A stretch of 64,000 nucleotides of DNA. It comes from Actinomycetota bacterium. Lineage in GTDB: Bacteria > Actinomycetota > Aquicultoria > SURF-47. Every line of letters starts with the position of its first letter. The stretch's first letter is position 1. Below, piece after piece: positions 47,591-57,645 of this stretch. The stretch covers positions 540 to 64,539 of the forward strand of contig QZJE01000013.1 in NCBI GenBank assembly GCA_003599235.1. Direction: 5' to 3'. The notes under the pieces were generated by a model. The model had not been told where the DNA came from. It searched no databases and saw only the letters and a list, made by a program, of their open reading frames with translations. The position numbers and the translations under genes were made by a program.

Positions 47591-48742
47591 CTAGTTAAGT
47601 ATGCTCAAGGCTTTTTGCAACTGGTTATCAGTATCACCATTTTTGCGATACTTTACTACTATATCAGGAGTTATACCCTTTTTATCAATGGAGCGCCAAC
47701 TAGGAGTAAACCATTTCTGGCTAGGGATAATAAGCGCCCCTTTGTTGGAAAGAGTAATTACATTCTGGACGCAACCTTTACCAAAAGTCTGCTCTCCGAT
47801 AATAGTCGCTCTTTTATGATCTTGTAAGGCACCGGCCACAATCTCAGATGCAGAAGCACTTCCTTTATCAACTAAAACTACCAACTTGCCCTTATATATA
47901 GCTGTTTGGCCACTTGAATAACTTTTCTCTTCCCCCTGCTTTGATTTAGTGCGAACAACCACAACATTATTAACATACAGACCCACTAAATCAATAGCTT
48001 GGTCTAGTTCGCCACCTGGATTTCCCCTTAAGTCTAAAATTAATCCTTTTGGCTTTTTGCTAAGAACTAGTGACATTTTCTTCTTTACTTGCTCGCTTAA
48101 GTCCCTGGTAAACTGGTGTACTTTAACATATCCGATTTTGCCTATCATTTTTGACGATACATTAGGCAACTCAATCTTTCTTCTAGTTAATTCAAACGGT
48201 ATCTCTTTACCTTTGCGCTTAAGAAGCAACTTAACTTTAGTACCCTCAGGGCCTTTGATGTGTTCAGCTACCGTATTGATACCAATCTCTTTTACCGTTC
48301 TGTTGTCTACCTTTACGATATAATCGCCTTCTTTAATGCCGGAAGCCTCAGCCGGAGAACCCTCAAAGAGCGAAACAACATAGACTTGCTCCTTATCAAA
48401 CCCTAAAATCATTCCCACCCCGGAATAATTACCGGCCATATGTTGATTAAAACTTTTATAGTTTTTAGGACTTAGATACTCGGCGAAAGGATTGTTTAAT
48501 GATTTTGTTATTCCCTCCAGAGCACCTTGAATTAGTTTTTCCTTATTTGTTTTAGCGTAGTAATTATCCTTGATTTGCCCTAAAGCCTCGTTGATCAATT
48601 CAAGATCGGAAGAACCAGATACACTGTAATTTTTTAAAAGATAGTTGTTGTAGCCGAAATGATACCCGACCACGAAAGCACCCGAGATAAGCAAGCAAAA
48701 AATAATTGTTAAAACAAAGGTGATAAGAAACTTTTTCGACAT
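47591..48742 (-). CDS. Carboxy-terminal processing peptidase (S41 family) with PDZ domain
   Basis: 383 aa. N-terminal TM anchor, PDZ segment, S41 motifs (GALIIPSQKWFTPS, ATIIGEQTFGKG). Confidence 0.85.
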   Translation of the reverse strand: MSKKFLITFVLTIIFCLLISGAFVVGYHFGYNNYLLKNYSVSGSSDLELINEALGQIKDNYYAKTNKEKLIQGALEGITKSLNNPFAEYLSPKNYKSFNQHMAGNYSGVGMILGFDKEQVYVVSLFEGSPAEASGIKEGDYIVKVDNRTVKEIGINTVAEHIKGPEGTKVKLLLKRKGKEIPFELTRRKIELPNVSSKMIGKIGYVKVHQFTRDLSEQVKKKMSLVLSKKPKGLILDLRGNPGGELDQAIDLVGLYVNNVVVVRTKSKQGEEKSYSSGQTAIYKGKLVVLVDKGSASASEIVAGALQDHKRATIIGEQTFGKGCVQNVITLSNKGALIIPSQKWFTPSWRSIDKKGITPDIVVKYRKNGDTDNQLQKALSILN

Positions 48743-48753
48743 TAACTTTGCCC

Positions 48754-49656
48754 TTAAGTTGTTAGATACCTTCTTAAAGCAATCGTACTTCCAGCAGCGC
48801 CGATAGCGATACCGGCTAACATCAACCAGAATACCAAAAGGTTATAAAAAGAAGAATTAATATCTATCGGTAGCCAGGGTACACTTGATTGGAACTGGGC
48901 TAACACAAAAGCTTTGATAGCTAATAGCAATAACACCGCTAAGATTGCACCTATTAGGCCCTGCAAGATTCCTTCTAGCAAAAAAGGCCAGCGAATAAAC
49001 CAATTCGAAGCCCCGACCAAGCGCATTACCGCCACTTCTTTTCTTCTGGAATAAATCGCCAATCTAATTGTATTTGATATTAGAGCCAAGGAGGCAAAAC
49101 ATAAAAAGGTAATTAAAACCAAAAAAATCACCCTTATCCAACCGGTTACCTTAAATAATTTCTGGATAGTCTCCCTAGCATAGTTTATTTTTTCGACTAC
49201 TGTTTTTCTCTCCGGCAAGTTTTCCAGTTTGCCTGCCACTTTATTTGCATCACGCGGATTCTTGAGACTAAGCTCATAAGATGCCGGTAGGGGGTTTCCG
49301 CTTATTTGCTCAATTAATTCCGGCTGATTTTTATGGCGCTCCTTAAAATCAACTAAGGCCTGGTCTTTTGTAATATAGACAACGGTTTTGACTTCTTTAA
49401 GCTCTTTTATCTTGGCTTCAAAAGATTGTACTTGTTCTTTGGTAGCTGAATCTTTTAAGAAAATTTTTATTTCTACCTTGTTTTCCAAGTCGCTAGTGAT
49501 TTTACCAACTATATGACCCAGAAAAGTAATACTTCCTACCAACAAAACGGAAATAAAAACTACCATTACCGCTGCAAAACTCATCACCCAATTACGGCGA
49601 AAACTATCATAGGCCTCAGCTAGAAAATAATAAACCCTAATCCTCACCGTATACAC
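48754..49656 (-). CDS. ftsX: Cell-division ABC transporter permease FtsX
   Basis: 300 aa, four TM segments, adjacent to and overlapping ftsE. Confidence 0.8.
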   Translation of the reverse strand: MYTVRIRVYYFLAEAYDSFRRNWVMSFAAVMVVFISVLLVGSITFLGHIVGKITSDLENKVEIKIFLKDSATKEQVQSFEAKIKELKEVKTVVYITKDQALVDFKERHKNQPELIEQISGNPLPASYELSLKNPRDANKVAGKLENLPERKTVVEKINYARETIQKLFKVTGWIRVIFLVLITFLCFASLALISNTIRLAIYSRRKEVAVMRLVGASNWFIRWPFLLEGILQGLIGAILAVLLLLAIKAFVLAQFQSSVPWLPIDINSSFYNLLVFWLMLAGIAIGAAGSTIALRRYLTT

Positions 49657-50338
49657 CCCGCATTTGGTCTCTCATTACTTTTCCGTCAGCTAAAGCAACT
49701 ACCCTTTTTCTCATCGAATCAACCATTTCCCTGTCGTGAGTAGCGATAACCACTGTGGTACCGGTCTTATTAATCCTATTTAAGATAGACATGATACCCA
49801 TTGAAGTATTGGGATCGAGGTTACCGGTTGGCTCATCAGCTAACAACAAGGGCGGACGGTTAACAAAAGCCCGGGCAATAGATACCCTTTGTTGTTCTCC
49901 ACCTGATAGTTCATCGGGATAGCTCTCAAACTTGTCACCTAAACCCACTAACTTTAACACCTCAGGAACCTGGGTTGCAATAACATGTTTTGATTTATTT
50001 ATTACTTCGAGAGCATAAGCAACATTCTCATAAGCGGTTTTATTGGGAAGCAGTTTAAAATCTTGAAAGACAGTACCGATATTTCGCCTAAGATAGGGAA
50101 CTTTCCAATTTCTTAGATGAATAATATCTTGGCCGGCTATTGTTACCTGGCCTTTTGTGGGAACTAGCTCTCTTAATAGTAAGCGAATGAAGGTAGATTT
50201 ACCAGAACCGCTAGGCCCTACAATAAAGACAAACTCACCTTTATCAATACTTAGATTTACATCTATTAATGCCGGCTTCGGACTTTCCTTATAAGTAACT
50301 GATACGTCCTTTGCTTCAATCATCATGGCTACAAACAA
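49637..50338 (-). CDS. ftsE: Cell-division ABC transporter ATP-binding protein FtsE
   Basis: 233 aa. Walker [10 protein letters not shown], signature LSGGEQQR. Confidence 0.85.
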   Translation of the reverse strand: MFVAMMIEAKDVSVTYKESPKPALIDVNLSIDKGEFVFIVGPSGSGKSTFIRLLLRELVPTKGQVTIAGQDIIHLRNWKVPYLRRNIGTVFQDFKLLPNKTAYENVAYALEVINKSKHVIATQVPEVLKLVGLGDKFESYPDELSGGEQQRVSIARAFVNRPPLLLADEPTGNLDPNTSMGIMSILNRINKTGTTVVIATHDREMVDSMRKRVVALADGKVMRDQMRGVYGED

Positions 50339-50373
50339 CCCCCTAAGGCTGAAATCTTAACAAAAAACAGTCG

Positions 50374-51294
50374 TTAAAGCAATTGTTTCACTTTAGCTTC
50401 AATGTCTTTGGCAGTAAGACCGTAGTGTTCAAGCAATTCATCCGGACTGCCAGATTGGCCAAAGCGGTCTCTAATGCCAACCATAGCTACCGGTAGAGGA
50501 ATATTCTCAGCCAGTAACTCACAAATAGCACTGCCCACTCCGCCGACAACAGTATGGCACTCTGCAGTTACAACGCGTTTGGTTTTGGCTACCGAATCCA
50601 AGATTGCCGCTTTATCTAAAGGTTTAACTGTTCTTAAATTAATAACCTCACAATCAATTCCCTCTTTAGCTAAATTATCTGCAGCTTCTAGGGCGGCTGC
50701 TACCATTATGCCTACAGCAAAGATGGTTGCGTCTTTTCCTTGCCTAAGCATCAACGCTTTGCCAAACTCAAACTTGTAATCATCGGCATTGATCTGGGGA
50801 AGAGCAGCGCGTCCTAATCTTATATAGATCGGGCCTTCGATGTAGGCTGCGGCTTTAACAGCCGTCTTGGCTTCTATATAGTCTGAGGGCACTATTATTT
50901 TCATATTAGGAATCGCCCTCATCAGGCTAATATCCTCAATAGCTTGATGAGAGCTACCATCGGCACCAACAGTTACTCCTGCATGCGAAGGACACAACTT
51001 CACATTTAAATTAGAGTAAGCAATAATGTTGCGGACTTGCTCGAAAGCACGGCCGGTAGCAAAAATAGCAAAGGAGCCAGTGTAGGCAATTTTCCCCGAA
51101 GCCGCCAGCCCAGCTGCTACTCCCATCATCAACTGCTCTGCAACGCCGCAATCGATAAAACGTTTGGGAAATTTTTCTGCAAATGTATAGCTCGTAGTAG
51201 ATTTGGCTAAGTCGGCATCAAGAACCACCACGTTGGGATTTTCTTGGCCCAGCTCAACTAACGCATCTCCGTAACCTTGCCTGGTAGCTTTCAT
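50374..51294 (-). CDS. Transketolase, C-terminal (pyrimidine-binding) subunit
   Basis: 306 aa, split-transketolase small subunit. Confidence 0.85.
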   Translation of the reverse strand: MKATRQGYGDALVELGQENPNVVVLDADLAKSTTSYTFAEKFPKRFIDCGVAEQLMMGVAAGLAASGKIAYTGSFAIFATGRAFEQVRNIIAYSNLNVKLCPSHAGVTVGADGSSHQAIEDISLMRAIPNMKIIVPSDYIEAKTAVKAAAYIEGPIYIRLGRAALPQINADDYKFEFGKALMLRQGKDATIFAVGIMVAAALEAADNLAKEGIDCEVINLRTVKPLDKAAILDSVAKTKRVVTAECHTVVGGVGSAICELLAENIPLPVAMVGIRDRFGQSGSPDELLEHYGLTAKDIEAKVKQLL

Positions 51295-51312
51295 TTATCT
51301 GTTATTCCTATA

Positions 51313-51372
51313 AAATTACAAATCGTAAATTCCAAATTACAAATAATATCGAAATTCAAAATTCCAAACATT
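51313..51372. repeat. AT-rich heptanucleotide tandem repeat AAATTNC, about 8 units
   Basis: AAATTAC AAATCGT AAATTCC AAATTAC AAATAAT (atcg) AAATTCA AAATTCC AAACATT in the 135-bp spacer between the two transketolase subunit genes. Confidence 0.7.
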
Positions 51373-51429
51373 TTAATTGGGATTTGATACTTGTAATTTA
51401 TTTGCTTTTTGGTGCTTGGTTTTTGAGAT

Positions 51430-52260
51430 TTATTCATCTAGTTCATCCTCACTTACACCAAGTTCCAATAAGGCCTGCCTGACTTGTTCTTTATTTGGAG
51501 CTACTCCATGCCAATCTACTTTGTTTTCCATAAATGAGACCCCTTTGCCTTTTACCGTATGGGCCACAATCATCGAAGGTTTTTCTTTAACCTTTTTGGC
51601 TTTATCTGCCGCCTCTATTATTTGGTTAAAATCATGGCCGTCGACCTCAAAGGTTTGCCAGCCAAAAGCTTCCCATTTTTGAGCTATTGGTTCCAGAGAA
51701 CTAATATCGCAGGTCTTGCCATCAATTTGCAATCCATTGTTATCCAGAAAAACGATTAGATTATCAAGCTTGTGATGAGCAGCAAAAATAGCAGACTCCC
51801 ATATTATTCCTTCTTGGCTTTCGCCATCCCCGATTATGGAATAGACATGATGATCTTCTCCATCCATCTTACCTGCCATCGCCATACCCACAGCAGTAGA
51901 GATACCTAGTCCAAGTGAGCCAGAACTCATATCAATTCCTACCGTGCGCCTTAAATCAGGATGGCCTTGTAAGCTGCTTCCCAGCTTACGCAAAGTCCAA
52001 AGTTTCTCTCTTGGAAAAAAAGAGGCCTCAGCTAAGACCGCATATAAAGCAGGACAAGCATGGCCCTTAGAAAGCACAAAGCGGTCTCTATTTTTCATTT
52101 TAGGGTTTTTAGGGTCAACATATAAAATCTTGAAATATAAAGCACAGAGAATATCAGCGCATGATAGCGAGCCACCGGGATGCCCCGAACCAGCTAGGCC
52201 TATCATTTTAATAATATCTTGTCTTATCTTAGTAGCTTTTTCTACAAGCTCGCTGTGCAT
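51430..52260 (-). CDS. Transketolase, N-terminal (thiamine-diphosphate-binding) subunit
   Basis: 276 aa. TPP-binding GDGESQEG motif. Confidence 0.85.
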   Translation of the reverse strand: MHSELVEKATKIRQDIIKMIGLAGSGHPGGSLSCADILCALYFKILYVDPKNPKMKNRDRFVLSKGHACPALYAVLAEASFFPREKLWTLRKLGSSLQGHPDLRRTVGIDMSSGSLGLGISTAVGMAMAGKMDGEDHHVYSIIGDGESQEGIIWESAIFAAHHKLDNLIVFLDNNGLQIDGKTCDISSLEPIAQKWEAFGWQTFEVDGHDFNQIIEAADKAKKVKEKPSMIVAHTVKGKGVSFMENKVDWHGVAPNKEQVRQALLELGVSEDELDE

Positions 52261-52351
52261 TAATGTTGGCAGTTCTTATTCCTTAAATAGTAGCAAAAAT
52301 CATTAACTTATATGGTTAATATACGGGTATAGGGGGATGTTTGTCAAAACT

Positions 52352-52377
52352 GTAGGGGCACACCCCTGTGTGTGCCC
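52352..52377 (+). repeat. REP-like palindromic element GTAGGGGCACAC-CCCTGT-GTGTGCCC
   Basis: GTAGGGG head plus 8-bp stem GGGCACAC/GTGTGCCC. A related GC-rich segment (GGGCAGGCACGCGACAGGCCCCC) follows at 52401-52425. Confidence 0.65.
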
Positions 52378-52428
52378 TCTGTTCTCAAAAACAAACGAAA
52401 GGGCAGGCACGCGACAGGCCCCCGAGGC

Positions 52429-53142
52429 TTAAGAACCTAAGAAACTAGTGAGTCTATCAAGGCTAATATTAATTATTTTTTCTTTATCTATGCCAACCTT
52501 ATCAATTAAGGCCAGGGCAGCTTCAAAGCTACCTACCCCGCTAGCTAGATGAGCATCGCTATTTACAACAATTTCATTGCCCACTTCCAAGACTGCCTCT
52601 GCCAGTTTTAAATCGAGATCATAAGCTCCATGCCGGCTAGTTGAGGGCAAATATGAGCTGTTATTAAACTCAATAGCTACCCCTAAATCTTTAGCTGCTT
52701 TAGCCAGTTCCATATAATCAATAGGGAAAAGAGGGTTGCCGGGGTGACCCACAATATTTACCGATTTATGGCTAATAGTTTTTATCATTACTTCAGTATT
52801 TTCTTTGGCACTTCTGCTTTCATAACCACAATGTGAATGAAATGTAGCCAGTACCACATCCAAAATATCGAGCAACTCATCTTCTAAATCCAGCTCTGCC
52901 TTTGAATTAATTATATTTGCTTCTGCCCCTTTAAGAATCCTTACCCCTTGTATTTCCTGAGGTAATATACGCAGGTTCCAAAAATGATAGGGGTGGGCTC
53001 CCCCGGGCAAAGCCGGCCCATGGTCAGTTATAGCCACCATTTTTAGCTTACGTATAAAAGCCGCTTTAGCTATCTCATTAACAGTTGAGAAAGCATGCCC
53101 CGAAGCTACTGTATGAACGTGTAAGTCAGCAATTATCTTCAT
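52429..53142 (-). CDS. PHP-domain metal-dependent phosphoesterase
   Basis: 237 aa. N-terminal DLHVHT motif. Confidence 0.75.
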   Translation of the reverse strand: MKIIADLHVHTVASGHAFSTVNEIAKAAFIRKLKMVAITDHGPALPGGAHPYHFWNLRILPQEIQGVRILKGAEANIINSKAELDLEDELLDILDVVLATFHSHCGYESRSAKENTEVMIKTISHKSVNIVGHPGNPLFPIDYMELAKAAKDLGVAIEFNNSSYLPSTSRHGAYDLDLKLAEAVLEVGNEIVVNSDAHLASGVGSFEAALALIDKVGIDKEKIINISLDRLTSFLGS

Positions 53143-53158
53143 CTGTCATCCTTAATTT

Positions 53159-53224
53159 GGTCAACGGTCAATGGTCAACGGAAGTAATATTTTACTTTGA
53201 CCTTTAACCTTTACCCTTTGCCCT
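53159..53224. repeat. Inverted pair of heptamer arrays: GGTCAAC GGTCAAT GGTCAAC (53159-53181) and TTGACCT TTAACCT TTACCCT TTGCCCT (53197-53224)
   Basis: Strict 7-nt period. The second array overlaps the last codons and stop of prfB; the first lies 17-40 nt upstream of the PHP gene start. Confidence 0.8.
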
Positions 53225-54311
53225 GCTCTGATGGTACCTCACAATAAAATCCTGTATTTCGCCATCTAAAACCGCATCCACTTTTCCAGTCTCAAGACCG
53301 GTTCGGTGATCTTTAATCATACGGTAAGGATGAAGCACATAGGAGCGAATTTGGCTGCCCCAAGCAATTTCCTTTTTCTCTCCCTTTATTCTGGCAATTT
53401 CTTCGGCTTTTTTTTCTAGCTCTAGCTCATAGAGCTTAGCTTTTAGTATTTTCATAGCCGTATTACGGTTCATAAGCTGGCTTCGCTCATTCTGACACGA
53501 AACCGTAGTTTTTGTGGGAGTATGAGTTATACGAACTGCAGAATCAGTCACATTAACATGCTGGCCTCCGGCCCCCGAAGAACGGTAAGTCTCTATTCTT
53601 AAATCCTTAGGGTCGATATTTACTTCAACTTCTTCATCAACAACCGGAGTTACGTCAACTGAAGCAAAAGAGGTATGGCGCCGCTTAGAAGCATCAAAAG
53701 GCGATATGCGTACCAGGCGATGAACCCCTTTTTCTGCTTTTAGCAAGCCATATGCATTTTTGCCAGATATTGTAAGAGTAGCACTTTTTATTCCTGCTGC
53801 TTCTCCGGGAGAAACCTCATTTAGGATAGCATTGAAACTTTCAATTTCAGCATATCTTAAATACATCCGAAGCAGCATATTAGCCCAATCCTGGGATTCG
53901 GTTCCTCCTGCCCCCGGATGAATCTCTACAATAGCATCGTGGCGATCGAGGTCGGAAGTAAACCAGGCTGATATTTCCAGGTGATTTAATTCGTTGGTGA
54001 TTTTACTTACTTGCTGCTCTACTTCTTGGGCAGTTTTTTCGTCTTCTTCGCTTATAGCCAGCTCATTTAGCACTTTTAGATCTTCAATTTTTAAAGACAG
54101 CCCGTTGTACATATCGATATCGTCTTTAATATCTTTGATTTTAGAGGTTATCTTGGTAGCTTTTTCTTGATCTTCCCAAAAACCAGACTCTGTGGTTTTT
54201 GCCTCTAGTTCTTTTAGGGATTCTTCTTTTGCATCAGGGTCAAAGATAGTCCTTTATCTGGACTAAGCGTTTATGTAATTCGTTAATTTTCTCAGAACAA
54301 TCAATTATCAT
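53204..54311 (-). CDS. prfB: Peptide chain release factor 2, expressed through a +1 programmed ribosomal frameshift
   Basis: ATG at 54311..54309, 23 codons (MIIDCSEKINELHKRLVQIKDYL), then CTT TGA C (rc of 54245..54239). The +1 frame continues DPDAKEESLKELEAK... with no stop into the track ORF 53204..54112, which contains SGAGGQHVN (GGQ motif). AAGGA lies 3 nt upstream of CTT. Confidence 0.85.
54239..54245 (-). other. prfB: prfB +1 frameshift site CTT TGA C
   Basis: Plus-strand GTCAAAG at 54239..54245. In-frame UGA after 23 codons with the canonical shifty CUU codon. Confidence 0.8.
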
Positions 54312-56884
54312 TGACCGCAACACTTCTTATACTTCTTGCCACTGCCACAAGGACAGGGTTCGTTACGTCCTACTTTATCACTTTTTGCCTGGTATGTTTG
54401 GGTGGTGGTTTCAGCAGCTTGGGCTGTCATATTCATAGAAGCCCCGGGAGCAGTAGTTAAATCCGTAAATACCGGAGTAGCTTGCTCTAATTGTGACACC
54501 GGAGCTTCAGCAATTTCTACATGGAAAATATACTCGGCAAAATCCTCCTTGATAGCTCCCATGAGCTGCTGGAACATATCATAAGCTTCTGCTTTAAACT
54601 CAACTAAGGGGTCGCGCTGCCCCATTGCCCGCAGACCGATTCCCTCTTGCAAGTCATGTATTACATCTAAGTAATCCTTCCAATGATGGTCTATGACCTG
54701 CAACATTATTACCTTAATCAACTCAGCTAAGCCATCTTCGCCTAGCTGAGCCTTTCTTTGCTCTAAACCCTGATTGGCAATGTCGTTAAATTTGTCTTTT
54801 AGGGTTAGAGGAGTTAATTCCTCATCCTTAAAATCTTTAGCTGATAACTCGTGGGGGATAAATTGTTTGATATGGCGAAGCAAGCCATCGATATCCCAGT
54901 CTTCTGCGTAGACTTCCTCATTTATATGACGATCAACAGTTGCTAAGATTATTTCTTCTAAAAAACTTATGGCTAACTCAATGAGCCCGGATCCGCCCGC
55001 TAGCACCTTATCGCGTTCCTCGTAGATAATTTCGCGCTGTTTATTGACAATGTCGTCGTATTCCAGAAGATGTTTTCTGGCAGAAAAGTTAATCGATTCT
55101 ACCTGCTTTTGAGCATTCTCAATAATTTTAGACAGCATTGCCGCTTCAATCGGCTGGTCATCAGGTAAATTAAACCTCTCCATTACCGCTTTAATACGGT
55201 CAGCAGCAAAAAGCCGCATTAAATCGTCTTCTGTAGACAAATAAAATAACGACGAACCAGGGTCCCCTTGACGTCCGGAGCGCCCTCTTAATTGATTGTC
55301 AATCCGTCTGGATTCATGACGCTCTGTGCCTATAATATGAAGCCCGCCTTGAGCTAAAACTTTTTGCTGCTCGGCTTTATCAGCAGGATTCCCGCCTAAA
55401 ACGATGTCGACACCTCGGCCGGCCATATTGGTAGCTACTGTTACCGCTCCTTTTTTGCCTGCTTGAGCAATAATATCGGCTTCTCTTTCATGATACTTGG
55501 CATTTAAAACCTCGTGTCTTATGCCCCGTTGCTTTAGCAGCCTTGAGAGCCGCTCACTTTTTTCAATAGATACTGTTCCTACCAAAACCGGCTGTCCCCG
55601 TCTTGAGCGCTCAGCAATATCATCAGCTACCGCCTTGAATTTGATTTCCTCCGTCTTATATATAACATCGGAGAAATCCTTTCTTACCATCGGTTTATTA
55701 GTAGGGATCTCCATACACTCCAATTTATAAATATGCATAAACTCGTCTGCTTCGGTGATGGCAGTACCTGTCATACCAGCTAGTTTTTTATACATCCTAA
55801 AATAATTCTGCAAAGTGATAGTAGCAATAGTTTGGTTTTCTTCACGAACAGCTACTTGTTCTTTTGCCTCTATAGCTTGATGCAATCCTTCGGAGTAGCG
55901 CCTTCCTTCCATCAGGCGGCCGGTAAACTCATCAACAATTATTACTTCTCCGTCTTTTACCACATAATCGACATCTTTTTTAAATAAAGCCTTAGCCTTT
56001 AGAGCTTGCTGCAGATGATTAACATAATTAGTATGCAAATGATCGTATAAGTTTTTAATATTTAAGGCGCTTTCCACTTTAGCAATGCCGGATTCGGTAA
56101 TAGAAACCGCCCTGTCTTTTTCATCTACTTCGTAGTCCTCATTTTCCTTTAAGCGGGGAACAATGCGGGCAAATTGGCGATAAGTCTTAGCAGCTTGTTC
56201 TGCCGGCCCTGAGATTATCAAAGGAGTTCTGGCTTCGTCTATTAAAATGGAGTCTACTTCGTCGACAATGGCAAAGTGATGCCCTGTTTGGACTTTTTCC
56301 TCCAAGCTGATAGCCATATTATCGCGCAAATAATCAAAGCCAAACTCCGAGTTGGTGCCATAGACAATGTCACACTGATAAGCTTTTCTTCGTTCATCAG
56401 GCATCATATCGGCCTGAATTAGCCCTACTGTTACTCCTAAAAAATTATAAACCGGTGCCATCCACGCTCTATCGCGCTTTGCCAAATAATCATTTACCGT
56501 TACTAAATGAGATGTTTTTCCGGTAATGGAGTTTAGAACAAGGGGCAAAGTGGCAACCAAAGTTTTTCCTTCTCCTGTCTTCATCTCAGAGATTTTGCCT
56601 TCAAATAAAACAATGCCTCCCATAATCTGGACGTCAAAATGACGCATTTTCATCGATCTTTTGGAAGCCTCTCGTACAACAGCAAAAACCTCGGGTAATA
56701 ATTCCTCTAAAGTTTGACCATCCTGATAGCGCTTTTTAAACTCGCCCATTTTAGCTTTAAGCTCATCGTCATTTAAAGCTGCAACCTGCGGTTCAAACTC
56801 AGTGACTAAGGCGGCTTTATTTTCTAGTTCTTTGATTTTTTTGCCTTCTCCGTAGCGAAGAACTTTTGAAAGAGTTTTAAACAT
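54308..56884 (-). CDS. secA: Preprotein translocase ATPase SecA
   Basis: 858 aa. DEAD-like motor motifs and C-terminal zinc-binding tail CPCGSGKKYKKCCG. Stop overlaps the prfB start (ATGA). Confidence 0.9.
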   Translation of the reverse strand: MFKTLSKVLRYGEGKKIKELENKAALVTEFEPQVAALNDDELKAKMGEFKKRYQDGQTLEELLPEVFAVVREASKRSMKMRHFDVQIMGGIVLFEGKISEMKTGEGKTLVATLPLVLNSITGKTSHLVTVNDYLAKRDRAWMAPVYNFLGVTVGLIQADMMPDERRKAYQCDIVYGTNSEFGFDYLRDNMAISLEEKVQTGHHFAIVDEVDSILIDEARTPLIISGPAEQAAKTYRQFARIVPRLKENEDYEVDEKDRAVSITESGIAKVESALNIKNLYDHLHTNYVNHLQQALKAKALFKKDVDYVVKDGEVIIVDEFTGRLMEGRRYSEGLHQAIEAKEQVAVREENQTIATITLQNYFRMYKKLAGMTGTAITEADEFMHIYKLECMEIPTNKPMVRKDFSDVIYKTEEIKFKAVADDIAERSRRGQPVLVGTVSIEKSERLSRLLKQRGIRHEVLNAKYHEREADIIAQAGKKGAVTVATNMAGRGVDIVLGGNPADKAEQQKVLAQGGLHIIGTERHESRRIDNQLRGRSGRQGDPGSSLFYLSTEDDLMRLFAADRIKAVMERFNLPDDQPIEAAMLSKIIENAQKQVESINFSARKHLLEYDDIVNKQREIIYEERDKVLAGGSGLIELAISFLEEIILATVDRHINEEVYAEDWDIDGLLRHIKQFIPHELSAKDFKDEELTPLTLKDKFNDIANQGLEQRKAQLGEDGLAELIKVIMLQVIDHHWKDYLDVIHDLQEGIGLRAMGQRDPLVEFKAEAYDMFQQLMGAIKEDFAEYIFHVEIAEAPVSQLEQATPVFTDLTTAPGASMNMTAQAAETTTQTYQAKSDKVGRNEPCPCGSGKKYKKCCGQ

Positions 56885-57059
56885 TGCATGTTATTTTAGC
56901 ACAATTTTAGGCAATAGATTTCTTTACTCCACTCGCATCCTATGGCTTCGACCTCATCACGCAAGGCGAAATTGGAACTTACAATTGGCTAATACAACCA
57001 ATTTGCCGCCGCTGCTTAATTTCGGTCTCTGCTCATGGGTGCTCAAGTCGCCAATAAAT

Positions 57060-57641
57060 CTATTGCCTAAATGACCCATTGACCGTTGACCGTCTTTTTC
57101 CTCTATATACCATGCAATTTTGCAGATAAAGAAAAGCACCGATGGTAATAAATACATCCCCGGCACTAATAAGGCTAGGCAGAGGATAGGGTTTGGGAAT
57201 TGGGATTATGTCAGCTAAAAAGGGAAGACGCGTTTTAGCAGTTAGAATAACGTGCTTGTAGTCAGTTAGAAAAGATTTTTTAAAGGCGCTTAGGTCTTCG
57301 CCAATAAAAGCTGCTGATTTAGCAGATACCGGCATGCCCCCGTTTAGGGCAATTACGACAAAATTTAAAGTAGCTCCGATAGCTATCAGCAACAAAAAAT
57401 TATTCTCTTTTCCGTTTATAAAACTAGCAAATATCAACAGAGCGTATGTTGCCAAAAGAAGTGCAAAATTACTAACGGCAGGCATTGGCAAGCTGGCCCC
57501 AAAAAAAACCAATCCAACCTGGATAAATAAAGCGATGATAATAAGATAGTCGAAGCGGATTCTTATGGTATCAAGCCTGGATAGCGAGCCTCCCCTAAGA
57601 TAGCCCACCACAATCGCTAGCACCACCCCTAGCTCAATCAT
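57060..57641 (-). CDS. Hypothetical polytopic membrane protein
   Basis: 193 aa, about five TM segments. The 3' end of the ORF contains a TTGACC heptamer array. Confidence 0.5.
   Translation of the reverse strand: MIELGVVLAIVVGYLRGGSLSRLDTIRIRFDYLIIIALFIQVGLVFFGASLPMPAVSNFALLLATYALLIFASFINGKENNFLLLIAIGATLNFVVIALNGGMPVSAKSAAFIGEDLSAFKKSFLTDYKHVILTAKTRLPFLADIIPIPKPYPLPSLISAGDVFITIGAFLYLQNCMVYRGKRRSTVNGSFRQ
57072..57092. repeat. Heptanucleotide tandem repeat TGACCCA TTGACCG TTGACCG (TTGACC family)
   Basis: Within the last codons of the 57060..57641 ORF, about 190 nt upstream of secA. Confidence 0.6.
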
Positions 57642-57645
57642 AATC

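Noticed and set aside
18751-51420. 13-mer TTGGTGCTTGGTT shared between 18751 and about 51407
   Set aside because: Low-complexity sequence; a 13-mer match between two sites is expected by chance tens of times in a window this size.
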